Shown: piece after piece, positions 1 through 10,876 of the stretch
Numbering within the stretch: the first letter of the stretch is position 1
Layout: the number at the start of each line of letters is the position of its first letter
NCBI GenBank assembly: GCA_900617105.1
Contig: UYFQ01000308.1
Location: 1 to 36,282, forward strand
Length of the DNA: 36,282 nt
From: Hydrurus foetidus
Lineage: Eukaryota
Direction of reading: 5' to 3'
Translations under genes and position numbers: made by a program
Notes under the pieces: generated by a model
The model's input: the letters and a program-made list of their open reading frames with translations, nothing else
Told to the model about the DNA's origin: nothing
The model's database searches: none

Positions 1-210
1 GCATTTTGAGAGAACCCACCACATTTCCGACCCCACCAAATTGTTGGCAGCACTGGGGACGGTATTCAAAAAGTAAAAAAGTCAAATAACGGAAATTGCA
101 ACCACTCTATTGTTTATTCGGGTCGGATATTCGTTTCGATAACAATGGCCCTGCGGCTTGCAGTCTGCCTGATATGATGAACGGCAATTCTCCGCCTACT
201 TCATAGAGTA

Positions 211-3200
211 ATGAGCCACAAGCTTTTCATGTCGAAACTGTCTAACGTATTACTGCTGATTGGCTCAGTCCTTACTACCACATCTCACAACCATGAGGAA
301 TCTCCTCTCCGGACAGAAGAGTCGCTCATGCATCATCAGCGCATACACGATATTCCACACGTAGACTCAGACTCAAACAATGCAATCAACAGAGCTTCTT
401 CGCTTGACGCATCAACTCTGAGGATCGGTGGGGTCGCAGCATTGAACGCCATCAAGTCCACAGGAGTATTGGGTGGATACTTCTCGACGATTGTCTACGG
501 TGATGATGATTGTAGCGGCAGCAATGTATTTGGATATGGTTTTCTCCTCGGCGCTTGCGTGGTAGATTATGAGTTCGAGACTTCAACAAGGAGGGAAGCC
601 ACGGACACTACTGTGACAATCTACAGTTTCGACGATACCGCTTGCAGGAACGCAAATCAAGCCAGTCCTTCTATCCTCAGAGACTACAATGAGGGTATCT
701 GCACAAATGGAGAGAAGCAATTCCTGCGCGCCACAATCGACATTCCTTTGTCGGGTCAATCGATTACTGAAAGGTATTCCTGATCGAAGATCGTCTAGAT
801 TATCCTGGATGTCGATCTCAGAAAGTGTGGAAATCATTGAAAGATCGCATAACGCAAGTCTGACCCTATCATAATGCAGGCACTTCTCGTCAGATGCCTC
901 CAGTTGCTCTACAGCTGCCGCATCATTTCGTTACCAGTCGCTCAACGTCTGCGGCGATGGCATTGATTTCTCAGTTTCGGGTAAGCATGCTTTCTTCGTT
1001 ACTTCATGCCCCGTTCTGTTGCATTGCGTTCTGTTCTATTTTATCATATTTTGTGTTCCAGAGATACTATCCTGACCAGCTTTCTGTGAAATGTTTCTCT
1101 CTTAATGATCGAAGGCAAAATTGTCAATGCTAGGAAGCATACTGACTTCTTGTGCGCGAATGAGATTGAAAATTCCCAGACCTATACGATCGGCAACTGT
1201 ACACGACAAATTTCGGGGCAATACGTGACGATGTCCGCAGCTGGCGTACCTACTCTTACACCAACAATGATGCCAACGAAGGTGTCTAGCTCTAGTACCC
1301 CGACAGTCACACCACCTTCGATCACAGGGATGCCGACGGTACCACCTACCAGTACCCCGACAGTCACACCACCTTCGATAACGATGATGCCGACGGTACC
1401 ACCTACCCCCACTACCCCTAGCACCCCGACAGTCACACCACCTTCTATCACGAGGATGCCGACGGTACCACCTACCCCTAGTACCCCGACAGTCACACCA
1501 CCTTCGATCACGAGGATGCCGACGGTACCACCTACCAGTACCCCGACAGTCACACCACCTTCGATCACGAGGATGCCGACGGTACCACCTACCCCTACTA
1601 CCCCTAGCACCCCGACAGTGACACCACTTTCAATCACGAGGATGCCGACGTTACCACCTACCAGTACTCCGACAGTCACACCACCTTCGATAACGAGGAT
1701 GCCGACGGTACCACCTACCCCCACTACCCCTAGTACTCCGACAGTCACGCCACTTTCGATCACGATGATGCCGACGGTACCACCTACCCCCACTATCCCT
1801 AGCACCCCGACAGTCACACCACCTTCGATCACGAGGATGCCGACGGTACCACCTACCCCCACTACCCCTAGTACTCCGACAGTCACACCACTTTCGATCA
1901 CGAGGATGCCGACGTTACCACCTACCCCCATTACCCCTAGTACCCCGACAGTCACACCACCTTCGATAACGAGGATGCCGACGGTACCACCTACCCCTAG
2001 TACCCCGACAGTCACACCACCTTTGATCACAGGGATGCCGACGGTACCACCTACCCCCACTACCCCTAGTACTCCGACAGTCACACCACCTTCAATCACG
2101 AGGATACCGACGGTACCACCTACCCCCACTACCCCTAGCACCCCGACAGTCACACCACCTTCGATTACGAGGATGCCGACGGTACCTCCTACCCCCACTA
2201 CCCCTAGTACCCCGACAGTCACACCACCTTCGATAACGAGGATGCCGACGGTACCACCTACCCCTACTACCCCTAGCACCCCGACAGTCACACCACCTTT
2301 GATCACAGGGATGCCGACAGTACCACCTACCCCTAGTACCCCGACAGTCACACCACCTTCGATAACGAGGATGCCGACGGTACCACCTACCCCCATTACC
2401 CCTAGCACCCCGACAGTGACACCACCTTCGATTATAGGGATGCCGACAGTACCACCTACCCCTAGTACCCCGACAGTCACACCACCTTCGATCACGAGGA
2501 TGCCGACGGTACCACCTACCCCTAGTACCCCGACAGTCACGCCACTTTCGATCACGAGGATGCCGACGGTACCACCTACCCCCATTACCCCTAGCACCCC
2601 GACAGTCACACCACCTTCAATCACAGGGATGCCGACGGTACCACCTACCCCCACTACCCCTAGTACCCCGACAGTCACACCACCTTCGATCACGAGGATG
2701 CCGACGTTACCACCTACCCCCATTACCACTAGCACCCCGACAGTCACGCCACTTTCTATCACGAGGATGCCGACGGTACCACCTACCAGCACCCCGACAG
2801 TCACACCACCTTCGATAACGAGGATGCCGACGGTACCACCTACCCCTAGTACCCCGACAGTCACGCCACTTTCTATCACGAGGATGCCGACGGTACCACC
2901 TACCAGCACCCCGACAGAGGTCCTGCCCAATGTTCGTGCAACAGCTACGTCACCATCTAAAGACGCTTGCTTTGCAGGAACTGAGACCCTGATTCTGGAA
3001 TCTGGTGGATCCAAGGTCATTTCTGATGCGCGTGTGGGGGACAGAGTTCTGGTCGCCAACTCAAATGGTGCGATCGCATACTCGGAGGTAAGTGGTTCAC
3101 TCTCTCTCTCTCTCTCTCTCTACCGCACGGTACTAACCCTGATTGTGTCATTCTATCTCATTTTACGACGCAAGATCGTCTTCATCCCCCACGGGAAGAA

Positions 3201-4228
3201 CAATCGCAAAGCCGAATTCGTTCACATCACCACAGCAACTGGCAGAGACATTAAGATGACCCCAGCCCACGTCATTCCAGCTGGCGCATGTGGGGCCACT
3301 CTACCTCACTCTCTACCTCTGGTGCTCGCATCCAAGGGTAAGGGTCAGCAGCACTGCAATCGTCCGTCTCTTCTCTCTGCGACTATTTGAACTCCATTGA
3401 ACTATCTTGCGAGCATCTACGCTCAATCTAGATGATATCTTGCAAGAATGTACATCCCATCTCTTCTCCTCTTCTCTCTCCTCATCTCATCTCATCATCC
3501 ATCTCCCCTCCTCTCATCTATTCATTTCACCTATTGATCTCGCTCGTGTTGAGTGTAGTATCGGCAGTACAGTATTCCCTGAACTCATTCTAGTGCTGTT
3601 CCAACTATTGTTCTTCAGTCATCACCGGTGACTGCGTTTTATCAGTGACTGGAGAGGAGAGGGTAGCGCACATAGACAGAGTAGTGGGCGAGGGAGTGTA
3701 CACGGTCATCACAAATGAGGTACGTGACGTGATGTGATGCATTGCGCAGCATTTCCTTAGCTTGACTGAACTTAATTGAACTGAACTGAACTTGAATTGA
3801 ATTGCCTTGACGTACTTAGGAGTTCATCGTGGTGAACGGTATCGTGGCCTCTCCCTTCGCAATCAACCACATGCTCGCCAACATGTTCTATAGTGTCCAC
3901 CGTCTACTTTACTCCGTATCTCCCGGTATACTCGGCATGGCATCGGTACGCAGACTGAACGAGGTGAGGGCCGACGTTTCGACTAACTATGTCTGTGTAT
4001 ATGTTGATACCCACATGTGTCGGTGATGTGAGTGCGTGAAACTTTAACGGAATTTGTATTCTTTCTTCAGCCAAAAATCATCTCATTCTTATCTTCATTC
4101 TTTTTTTTATTCTTGCATTCTTTCTTCTTTTTATTCTTGTATTCATTCTTCTTTATCACTTTTGTCCTCAGGCCTTAGGACTTTTGATTCCACTTTATGG
4201 GTCGTTCCGATCCATGATGTTACTTTAG
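211..4228 (+). CDS. Secreted mucin-like Pro/Thr-repeat protein with C-terminal Hedgehog-type Hint (Hog) autoprocessing domain, multi-exon
   Basis: Hydrophobic N-terminus, then a Cys-containing ectodomain and 25 PT repeats. The Hint domain starts at A|CFAG (Cys codon 2968-2970), has block-B MTPAH and ends IVVNGIVASPFA. GT-AG introns 3088-3174, 3338-3618, 3720-3819 and 3964-4171 splice in frame to a TAG ending 4228. Intron 774-879 also fits. The join between ~980 and ~1130 is not resolved. Confidence 0.85.
1294..2916 (+). repeat. Coding minisatellite: 25 units of STPTVTPPSITRMPTVPPT with optional P or PTTP linker (57/60/69 nt)
   Basis: Directly visible tandem units in DNA and translation. Confidence 0.97.
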
Positions 4229-5088
4229 GTAGTTTATCGAGAGGGGACCCACAGTATGTACTCTAGATACGATAGGACGGTACACAGTAGATAAAGAAAC
4301 TGAGACTTCAAAGACGAACAAGAAGTGTCTGTGCTTGATATTGTTTGACACATACAGTGCAACGCATGTCCGTCAATCTTTCAGTCAGTTTCTTAGTTAG
4401 CCATCACTCACTCAGCGCATGAGTCAGTCCGTAAGTCAGTCAGTATGCTAGTTAATTGGTCAGTCATTGACTTTGGCTATGAAAAATCATAAAACAAGTG
4501 GGGAATGATGGGCTGCGAAAAATCATAAAACAAGTGGGAAATAATGGGCTGTTACAAAATTTATTTTCCATGCAGAATGACATTCATTTTATTCTACTCA
4601 GTAAGCGCATCATGCCGTCGTTGTATCAGTCAGCCAACCCAATCTGTCTTTTCCTAAGTCAGCCAGCAAGTCGGTCGTACATACACTTAATCTTTCAATA
4701 ATTTCTCCTCTTCAGTTATATTTTCAAACCTCGTCGTTCCAGATATTCTTTGTTGCCGGATGCAGTGTGAAATACTGTGACGTCATCTCTTCTCCTTTTC
4801 ACTGCTGTACTGGTAAGCCTGGTGTTATTCGACACCATTCGATACGCTGTATTGCTTGGTACTCGTTTCGAATCCCAGAAGGAAATCCATAGGTCAACAA
4901 ATCGGAACATTTCCTGGAGTGTGTTAGTAATGGATGGCACCCATTTACGGACATACTAAATCAATTGAAGATATACTTCAAAACTGAAAAAAATACTTAA
5001 TTAAACATGTGTAAAAATTCTAAAACATGTAGTGTTCTACTACAAGATTTGCATAGTCAAATGTGTGTAACTTCTAAAATTTCAATGA

Positions 5089-5778
5089 AAGCTGTACTAA
5101 AAACAACGAAATGATACTATTTAGATAGACCATTGTACTAATACCTGTGAGTCCGTTGTTGGTATACCAAATGATAGATATCATCCGAGCTTGTTTCGTG
5201 CGCAGCCAATCAAGGCTACGTCAACAAAAAGGCTTTTCTAACCCTATATCTACTGACAGCTGTAATTATCTACTCATTTCTTAACCCTAACCCTGACCGC
5301 CCCCGAGCCATTCTAATCCTACCTGAAACCAGATGAAAAACGATATGACTTCTGCGTGATCACCCGAAGTTCCTATTATGAAATTCCAAAAAAAATGTAG
5401 AAATAAAAGTGCAGCATCATAAAATTAGTATTGCGCACCAATTTAAATACCGTACGACTTCCATGAAATAGTAGGTCGATCTTTACTTTAGGGTGTAAAA
5501 TCCATATTTTAGTACAAATGTGTTTTGGTACATTTTTCTAGATTTTGGTACAGAATCTATGTTATAGTATTTATTTCCAGATTTTAGTATGCCCATATAT
5601 TTGCCCGGTTAGTAGAGTGTTTGCGCAAACGGAAAAAATATCCGGCTGGAACCCCAGGGTCCGGAGATTTACCCCCTTCAAATTTCAAATTTCCGCCTCA
5701 AATTGACGAATCTCGGATATTATATTTCCGAGATCTCGGATATATACGAGATATTTCCGTTTGCGCAAACACTCTAGT
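5089..5778 (+). repeat. Copy 1 of a ~690 bp direct duplication (unique flank + MITE + AGT TSD)
   Basis: Near-identical to 10324-10876 and, after removing the insertions, to 14041-14079, 17024-17087 and 20310-20332. Confidence 0.93.
5614..5775. mobile_element. 162 bp MITE of the PIF/Harbinger (Pangu-like) family, uninterrupted copy
   Basis: TIR AGAGTGTTTGCGCAAACGGAAA at both ends, flanked by AGT (5611-5613, 5776-5778). Same TIR as the elements at 14080 and 17088. Confidence 0.92.
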
Positions 5779-6035
5779 TCTATTCCACTCTCCGAGTTAA
5801 GTCCCTTTAGGGGGAACAGTCCCGTTGCGTCCCCTCGTTGTCGTCCCGCGCGCTCCCTGTTGCACTCCGAGCGCTCAGTCAAGCTAGGTCAACATGAAAT
5901 CAAACGCATTGTTATCTTACGAAGTGGCTGCGCTTGCGCGCCTGGGACTCACCCGTCCGCCCCCCCCCCCTAATGTTCCGACTACCGAACCACGCTAGGG
6001 TACTGGTGCGGACCTTGGGTCAGGATTCCCTTCAC
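5778..6035 (-). repeat. Terminal direct repeat B2 of the YR retrotransposon
   Basis: Matches 6433-6688 except for poly-C length. Confidence 0.93.
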
Positions 6036-6432
6036 TAACTGGCACGCAAGTGGTCAGATAACAATATACAAAATCTTACGGTAGGATTGGTTGGCCACGG
6101 GGTGATCAAAGCTATTAGACTAGATAGACTAAGACTAATCAAAAAGATGTGAGAGAACACTCTCAATCAAACGCGTCTGCTACGTGCAAACATAGTAAAA
6201 TAATTATTTGAAAATATAGCAACTAATTATTTGAAAAGCTAGGGTGACGCAATGGTCACTGGGGTACTCGCTCCCGCCGCGAGTCAATCCAATGCCGTGT
6301 TCGTCATCGTGCCCTGTCCCGTCCCCGAACACCTTCCCCCTTCGCAACCGTCCCTACGGGGCCCGGAAGCGGTCAGCGGCCTTTGCTCTTAGACGCTCCA
6401 GAGAACCTATGCTACCGAGCGGTATCCTTTAA

Positions 6433-6688
6433 TTCTATTCCACTCTCCGAGTTAAGTCCCTTTAGGGGGAACAGTCCCGTTGCGTCCCCTCGTTGTCGTC
6501 CCGCGCGCTCCCTGTTGCACTCCGAGCGCTCAGTCAAGCTAGGTCAACATGAAATCAAACGCATTGTTATCTTACGAAGTGGCTGCGCTTGCGCGCCTGG
6601 GACTCACCCGTCCGCCCCCCCCCTAATGTTCCGACTACCGAACCACGCTAGGGTACTGGTGCGGACCTTGGGTCAGGATTCCCTTCAC
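6433..6688 (-). repeat. Internal direct repeat B1 of the YR retrotransposon
   Basis: Matches 5778-6035; lies just 3' of the YR stop codon. Confidence 0.93.
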
Positions 6689-6742
6689 CCATCGCCTCTC
6701 CAAGGGTCTGACTCAAATTGGATTCCACCGCTGACCTGCTCC

Positions 6743-7948
6743 TTACCCCTCGACTCTCCTGGCTGTGGGTATCAGTCTCCACACGTCTTCGATCGTAGGC
6801 TTGTATCCACCGACTAAGCTGTTTGAGGCGAGGGGGCCGATTCCCGCACTGTAATCATACGTTAAGTTCATCACTTGGGAGTTGGGTGCGTAATTCCCCC
6901 TATCCCTCCGGTCGTCCTCCGATGCACCCAGAGAGCGCATCTCAGTGATGGCCCGTTTCCTCAGGGAATGTGAACTGAAGTAGTTAGGGTCAAGGCCGTT
7001 TTCTTCACACGCACCCTTGAGAGCCTCCCGAACGTCTCTAGACCGCAGCTTCACATGGGCGCTCGTATCGCAGCGGTAACTGAAAAGCTCATCCTTGCCA
7101 GTGCTCCCGCTGTGCACTATAAAATCCATAAGGTCGTCAAGGAACCGGCTCTCCTCGGCGGACCGGCGACGGACGATCTTCGGCTTGACCAGCTTCTTGC
7201 CCTTTGCGGTGACCGCTGTAGCCCTACACTCCATGACATTCGATCTCCATACGGCACTGTCTACCATCCCGAGTCCGGTGAGGGCGCTGCCGCATAGACT
7301 CTGGGTACCACTAGGAAGGACTGCTACGAAGGTCAAATCGTCCACCCGTACACAATGATCGACCCCCCCAGGCTCGGGAGTCGTGTACTCCGAAACTCTG
7401 GCTCCCATTTCGAAGGCCCACATGCACCCGATATACGTCATTCGATCCCGCATGTCCGCGCCCTCCCAACCGCGTCCTGTCCACAGTCCAGCCTTCATAT
7501 CGACCAATATGCTCTCGCAGACCGGTAGCTTGACGCTGGCCGCTGCACTGTTGTCCCTCCTTTCCCGGAGTTCCTCAGGTGTAGACTTACAGGCCGCCCT
7601 CGCCGTAGCCACCACAGGAGAGTTGAGGAACTCGGTTGAGAGCCCCTGCTGTGAGAAACGCAGACGAATTGCCGCAGTGAATGAAGTAGCTTGCTTGTCC
7701 CGCAAGCCCTGCTCATGCCTTCTGAGCATCATGATCGCGACCAAGGCCGCCTTCTCCTCGTCTCCCGCGCTCCTCACAAAAGGGTCGAAAACATTCACCT
7801 CGCTCTTGAGGAAAGAGGTCCATTGCTGCCAGCACTTGTCGTATAAGCGGTTCGTGTTGGGCATCACCGACCTCCCGATAAACCGGAACAGCTCCTGTCG
7901 GCTCTGAGCTGACACCATTCCCTCGACTCCTAGGAAATCGACATTCAC
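6743..7948 (-). CDS. Tyrosine recombinase of the retrotransposon
   Basis: Catalytic motifs GARVSEY (R), SSHSLRK (HxxR) and RGNY...MNLTY (Y). First ATG is at 7918. Confidence 0.92.
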   Translation of the reverse strand: MNVDFLGVEGMVSAQSRQELFRFIGRSVMPNTNRLYDKCWQQWTSFLKSEVNVFDPFVRSAGDEEKAALVAIMMLRRHEQGLRDKQATSFTAAIRLRFSQQGLSTEFLNSPVVATARAACKSTPEELRERRDNSAAASVKLPVCESILVDMKAGLWTGRGWEGADMRDRMTYIGCMWAFEMGARVSEYTTPEPGGVDHCVRVDDLTFVAVLPSGTQSLCGSALTGLGMVDSAVWRSNVMECRATAVTAKGKKLVKPKIVRRRSAEESRFLDDLMDFIVHSGSTGKDELFSYRCDTSAHVKLRSRDVREALKGACEENGLDPNYFSSHSLRKRAITEMRSLGASEDDRRDRGNYAPNSQVMNLTYDYSAGIGPLASNSLVGGYKPTIEDVWRLIPTARRVEG

Positions 7949-8269
7949 GAGATGATAGGGTTACGAGCGCTGGCTATAAATAGTCGAGCGAGGGTTAAGT
8001 GAGGAGTAGGGGTTGGGAGGGCTCAGACTGATGGCGCTTCTCGACAGTCTAGGTCTGTAGGGGTAGCCACTCAGGGTAGTCACTATGAAAATTGTCCCTT
8101 AAGGGACACGGTGTGCGGCACTCATAGGACAAGGCCTAGGGCGGTCACCGCTGGTTATGATGGGAGTCACCGTGGCGTTTACGCTGTGCTGCCAACGGTA
8201 GGAGTCACAGCGAGGAGAAAGGGGGTGGGAAGGAGAGAATGTCACCAAAGTGCAGAGTCGGTAGTACTC

Positions 8270-10323
8270 CTAGTGCGAGGCACTGGCGGCTGCCAACGGT
8301 GAGTGTCGCTGCAGGAATGAGTCGATGGCGTTCCTCGCGGCGGACCAAAATCCTATGAAGTCCTCTTCAGATCGCAGTTCATGCCTAGGGTCACACAGCG
8401 TCAAGATGTCACGGACATCCCGGTCGCCATCGATCTCCACAACCGTAGCACTCCGCACGCCCATCGCTTCCGCCTCGGCTAAGATCGACATCGTAGGTGC
8501 GCGACCCCTTCTGGACAGCTGATCGCACCTCTTATTCTCTGTGCCAAGGATGTGTGTGGCCTCCTTTACATCCACGCCTGCTGCGATGCACAACAGTGAA
8601 AATACCATGGCAGCCTTGGTCACTCTCTCGCCTCTAGGTCTCTCGGTTATGGCCCAAGTCAGGGCTGTTACACTGTCGCCCCTGAGGGCGACACTCCTCC
8701 CCCGGAACCCCAGGGCGATCTGCCCGAGTATCGCTAGTATAGTTCCCAGAAACTCCGACAGGTTTTGAAACGAGGAGTCTTCACCAAAGCCCAGGAACAT
8801 GAGATCAGCGGCGCCGACACCCATTTCTGCCTCCGCGTCGCCATCTCGACTATACCAAATGAGACCAGCGCCACTCAATGACGCGTCGAACTCGGCTACA
8901 ATCGTTGGAGTCTCTGGCGCAAACGATGCGATCGAGCGGGTAAACTCCGTCTCCCTATGCCGCACTAAGCATAACATGGCCCTCGAACACTGGATGGCTA
9001 TAACCGCCTCCGCCGACAGGTTGAATAACGCATGAGGGTCCGTCCGAACCCACGTCAGTCGGTATAGCGCGCTGCAGAACGGGCGCATCACCCGGCAGAT
9101 CTTGCCGTATCGGGTGCTCCACGAGGCGAGGCGCTGCGCGGTTCGCAGATTAATCCTCGCCGATGTGTCCACGTGAAGAAAACCGTGAAGTGCAGTTAAG
9201 AAATTCTTCTTACTTATCAGCACTCGTCCGGTATCTAGGTCTATGATATAACCTATCACGTCTAAACGGCGGCTAACTTCAGTCTTGTCGTCTGCGACGG
9301 CCGTGGATCCGAGCAGTGCAGTGCATATGTGCCTCGTCAGCGCGAGGTCGGCTGCAATATCCTTCTCGAACCCGATTCCGATGATGTCGTCAACATACAT
9401 GACGGTGCGACTCTGAAGGCGTGACCGCAGCTCCCATGCGATTGCTTGTGTCACTACTTGGAAGGCGGCGGGTGTGCCGGACCATCCGAATATGCCGGCG
9501 AGCTGGAGATAAACTAGATCGTCTGTAAGTAACATTCCGAAAAGGCCTACGTACTCCGCCCTGAACGAAAGTAAGGTGTACGCACCCTTTAGGTCCATCT
9601 TCCATAGTCGGAGGTCTTTATACCGAAGCAAAGGATCACGTGCGGAGGCCTCCTTCCAAAAACGATCGACCATGACGGATATGTCCTCAATTGTCGGGTG
9701 CATGATGGGACCGTAATATGCGGTAGCAGCATCGGCAGTGGCGTCCGTATTAAGCGGTGTGCCGTCCACGTTGCTCAAGTCCCCATGGGACGTCCTGACG
9801 CTTTTCCTTTCTTCGTTGTCCAATGGGCTTTGCATAAGTGGAGATCTGGAACGTGGGCTTGAGCCACCTCTAACGGCAATATGAACGCCAGGCGCTGCTC
9901 GATTACTGCGCCGAGCATCTTATTAACAGCGCAAGACACCGTCTCATAGGAGGCCCGCAACGGTGACCGAGGCTGGAGACCGTTAGGGGCGAAGCCTTCG
10001 GGAATAGCGACTCTCATTCCTTCAGCTAAGTCCGTCATGAGTGCTGATTCAGGGTTGTCCGGGCTAAGGGTCTTCACACTTGTCTGACTCAAACGGTCCT
10101 TGGATAAAATCTTCAGCCTCCGCTCCACCATTTTCCTGAAATCCAGCTGAGCAGCTCGTAGACAGCGGACATCGCTCGCTATGAACTCGGGTGGGAATGT
10201 GTACCCCTCTGCCCACTCATTGGCTGCGTCGACACCGAAGTCGTTTCGCGCAGCTTCCACTGCCTCCGCTATCAGCTCCTCTATCCCCGCCTTGCTCGCA
10301 GGGGAGTCTCCCGGGAACAAAAC
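8270..10323 (-). CDS. Reverse transcriptase + RNase H (DIRS-type), one frameshift near 9783, N-terminus truncated
   Basis: RT motifs KMDLKGAY, FGWSGTP, YVDD. RNase H motifs FDAS, NLSEF, GDS, N-x3-D-x-LSR. ORF 9775-10419 joins it (GRPMG/DLSN) if one G is added to the G run. Confidence 0.9.
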
Positions 10324-10876
10324 AAGCTGTACTAAAAACAACGAAATGATACTATTTAGATAGACCATTGTACTAATACCTGTGAGTCCGTTGTTGGTAT
10401 ACCAAATGATAGATATCATCCGAGCTTGTTTCGTGCGCAGCCAATCAAGGCTACGTCAACAAAAAGGCTTTTCTAACCCTATATCTACTGACAGCTGTAA
10501 TTATCTACTCATTTCTTAACCCTAACCCTGACCGCCCCCGAGCGATTCTAATCCTACCTGAAACCAGATGAAAAACGATATGACTTCTGCTTGATCACCC
10601 GAAGTTCCTATTATGAAATTCCAAAAAAAATGTAGAAATAAAAGTGCATTAGTATTGCGCACCAATTTAAATACCGTACGACTTCCATGAAATAGTAGGT
10701 CGATCTTTACTTTAGGGTGTAAAATCCATATTTTAGTACAAATGTGTTTTGGTACATTTTTCTAGATTTTGGTACAGAATCTATGTTATAGTATTTATTT
10801 CCAGATTTTAGTATGCCCATATATTTGCCCGGTTAGTAGAGTGTTTGCGCAAACGGAAAAAATATCCGGCTGGAAC
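10324..10876 (+). repeat. Copy 2 of the direct duplication, up to the hAT insertion point
   Basis: Aligns with 5089-5652 with a short deletion near 10648 and a few substitutions. Confidence 0.93.

Larger units (their letters stand above)
5778..10323 (-). mobile_element. Tyrosine-recombinase retrotransposon (DIRS order, split-direct-repeat Ngaro/PAT-like), 5'-truncated
   Basis: RT-RNaseH ORF then YR ORF on the minus strand, followed by B1 (6433-6688), spacer A2 (6036-6432) and B2 (5778-6035). gag and the A1 repeat are absent. Confidence 0.88.

Noticed and set aside
1182..3059. 625 aa Gly/Val-rich minus-strand ORF
   Set aside because: Antisense shadow of the stop-free PT minisatellite; the plus strand carries the spliced Hint gene.
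4481..4551. 36 bp tandem duplication (GAAAAATCATAAAACAAGTGGG...)
   Set aside because: Two adjacent copies with no spacer; ordinary slippage, not CRISPR.
5281..5295. Telomere-like AACCCTAACCCT (also ~10518 and TTAGGGTTAGG ~24877)
   Set aside because: Only two units each; insufficient for an interstitial telomere call.
5761..6817. Plus-strand ORFs 5761-5973 and 6383-6817 sharing a peptide
   Set aside because: Both simply read through the duplicated B repeat; no protein motif.
10324..10419. Hydrophobic N-terminus of ORF 9775-10419
   Set aside because: Chimeric read-through from the duplicated flank into the truncated RT.
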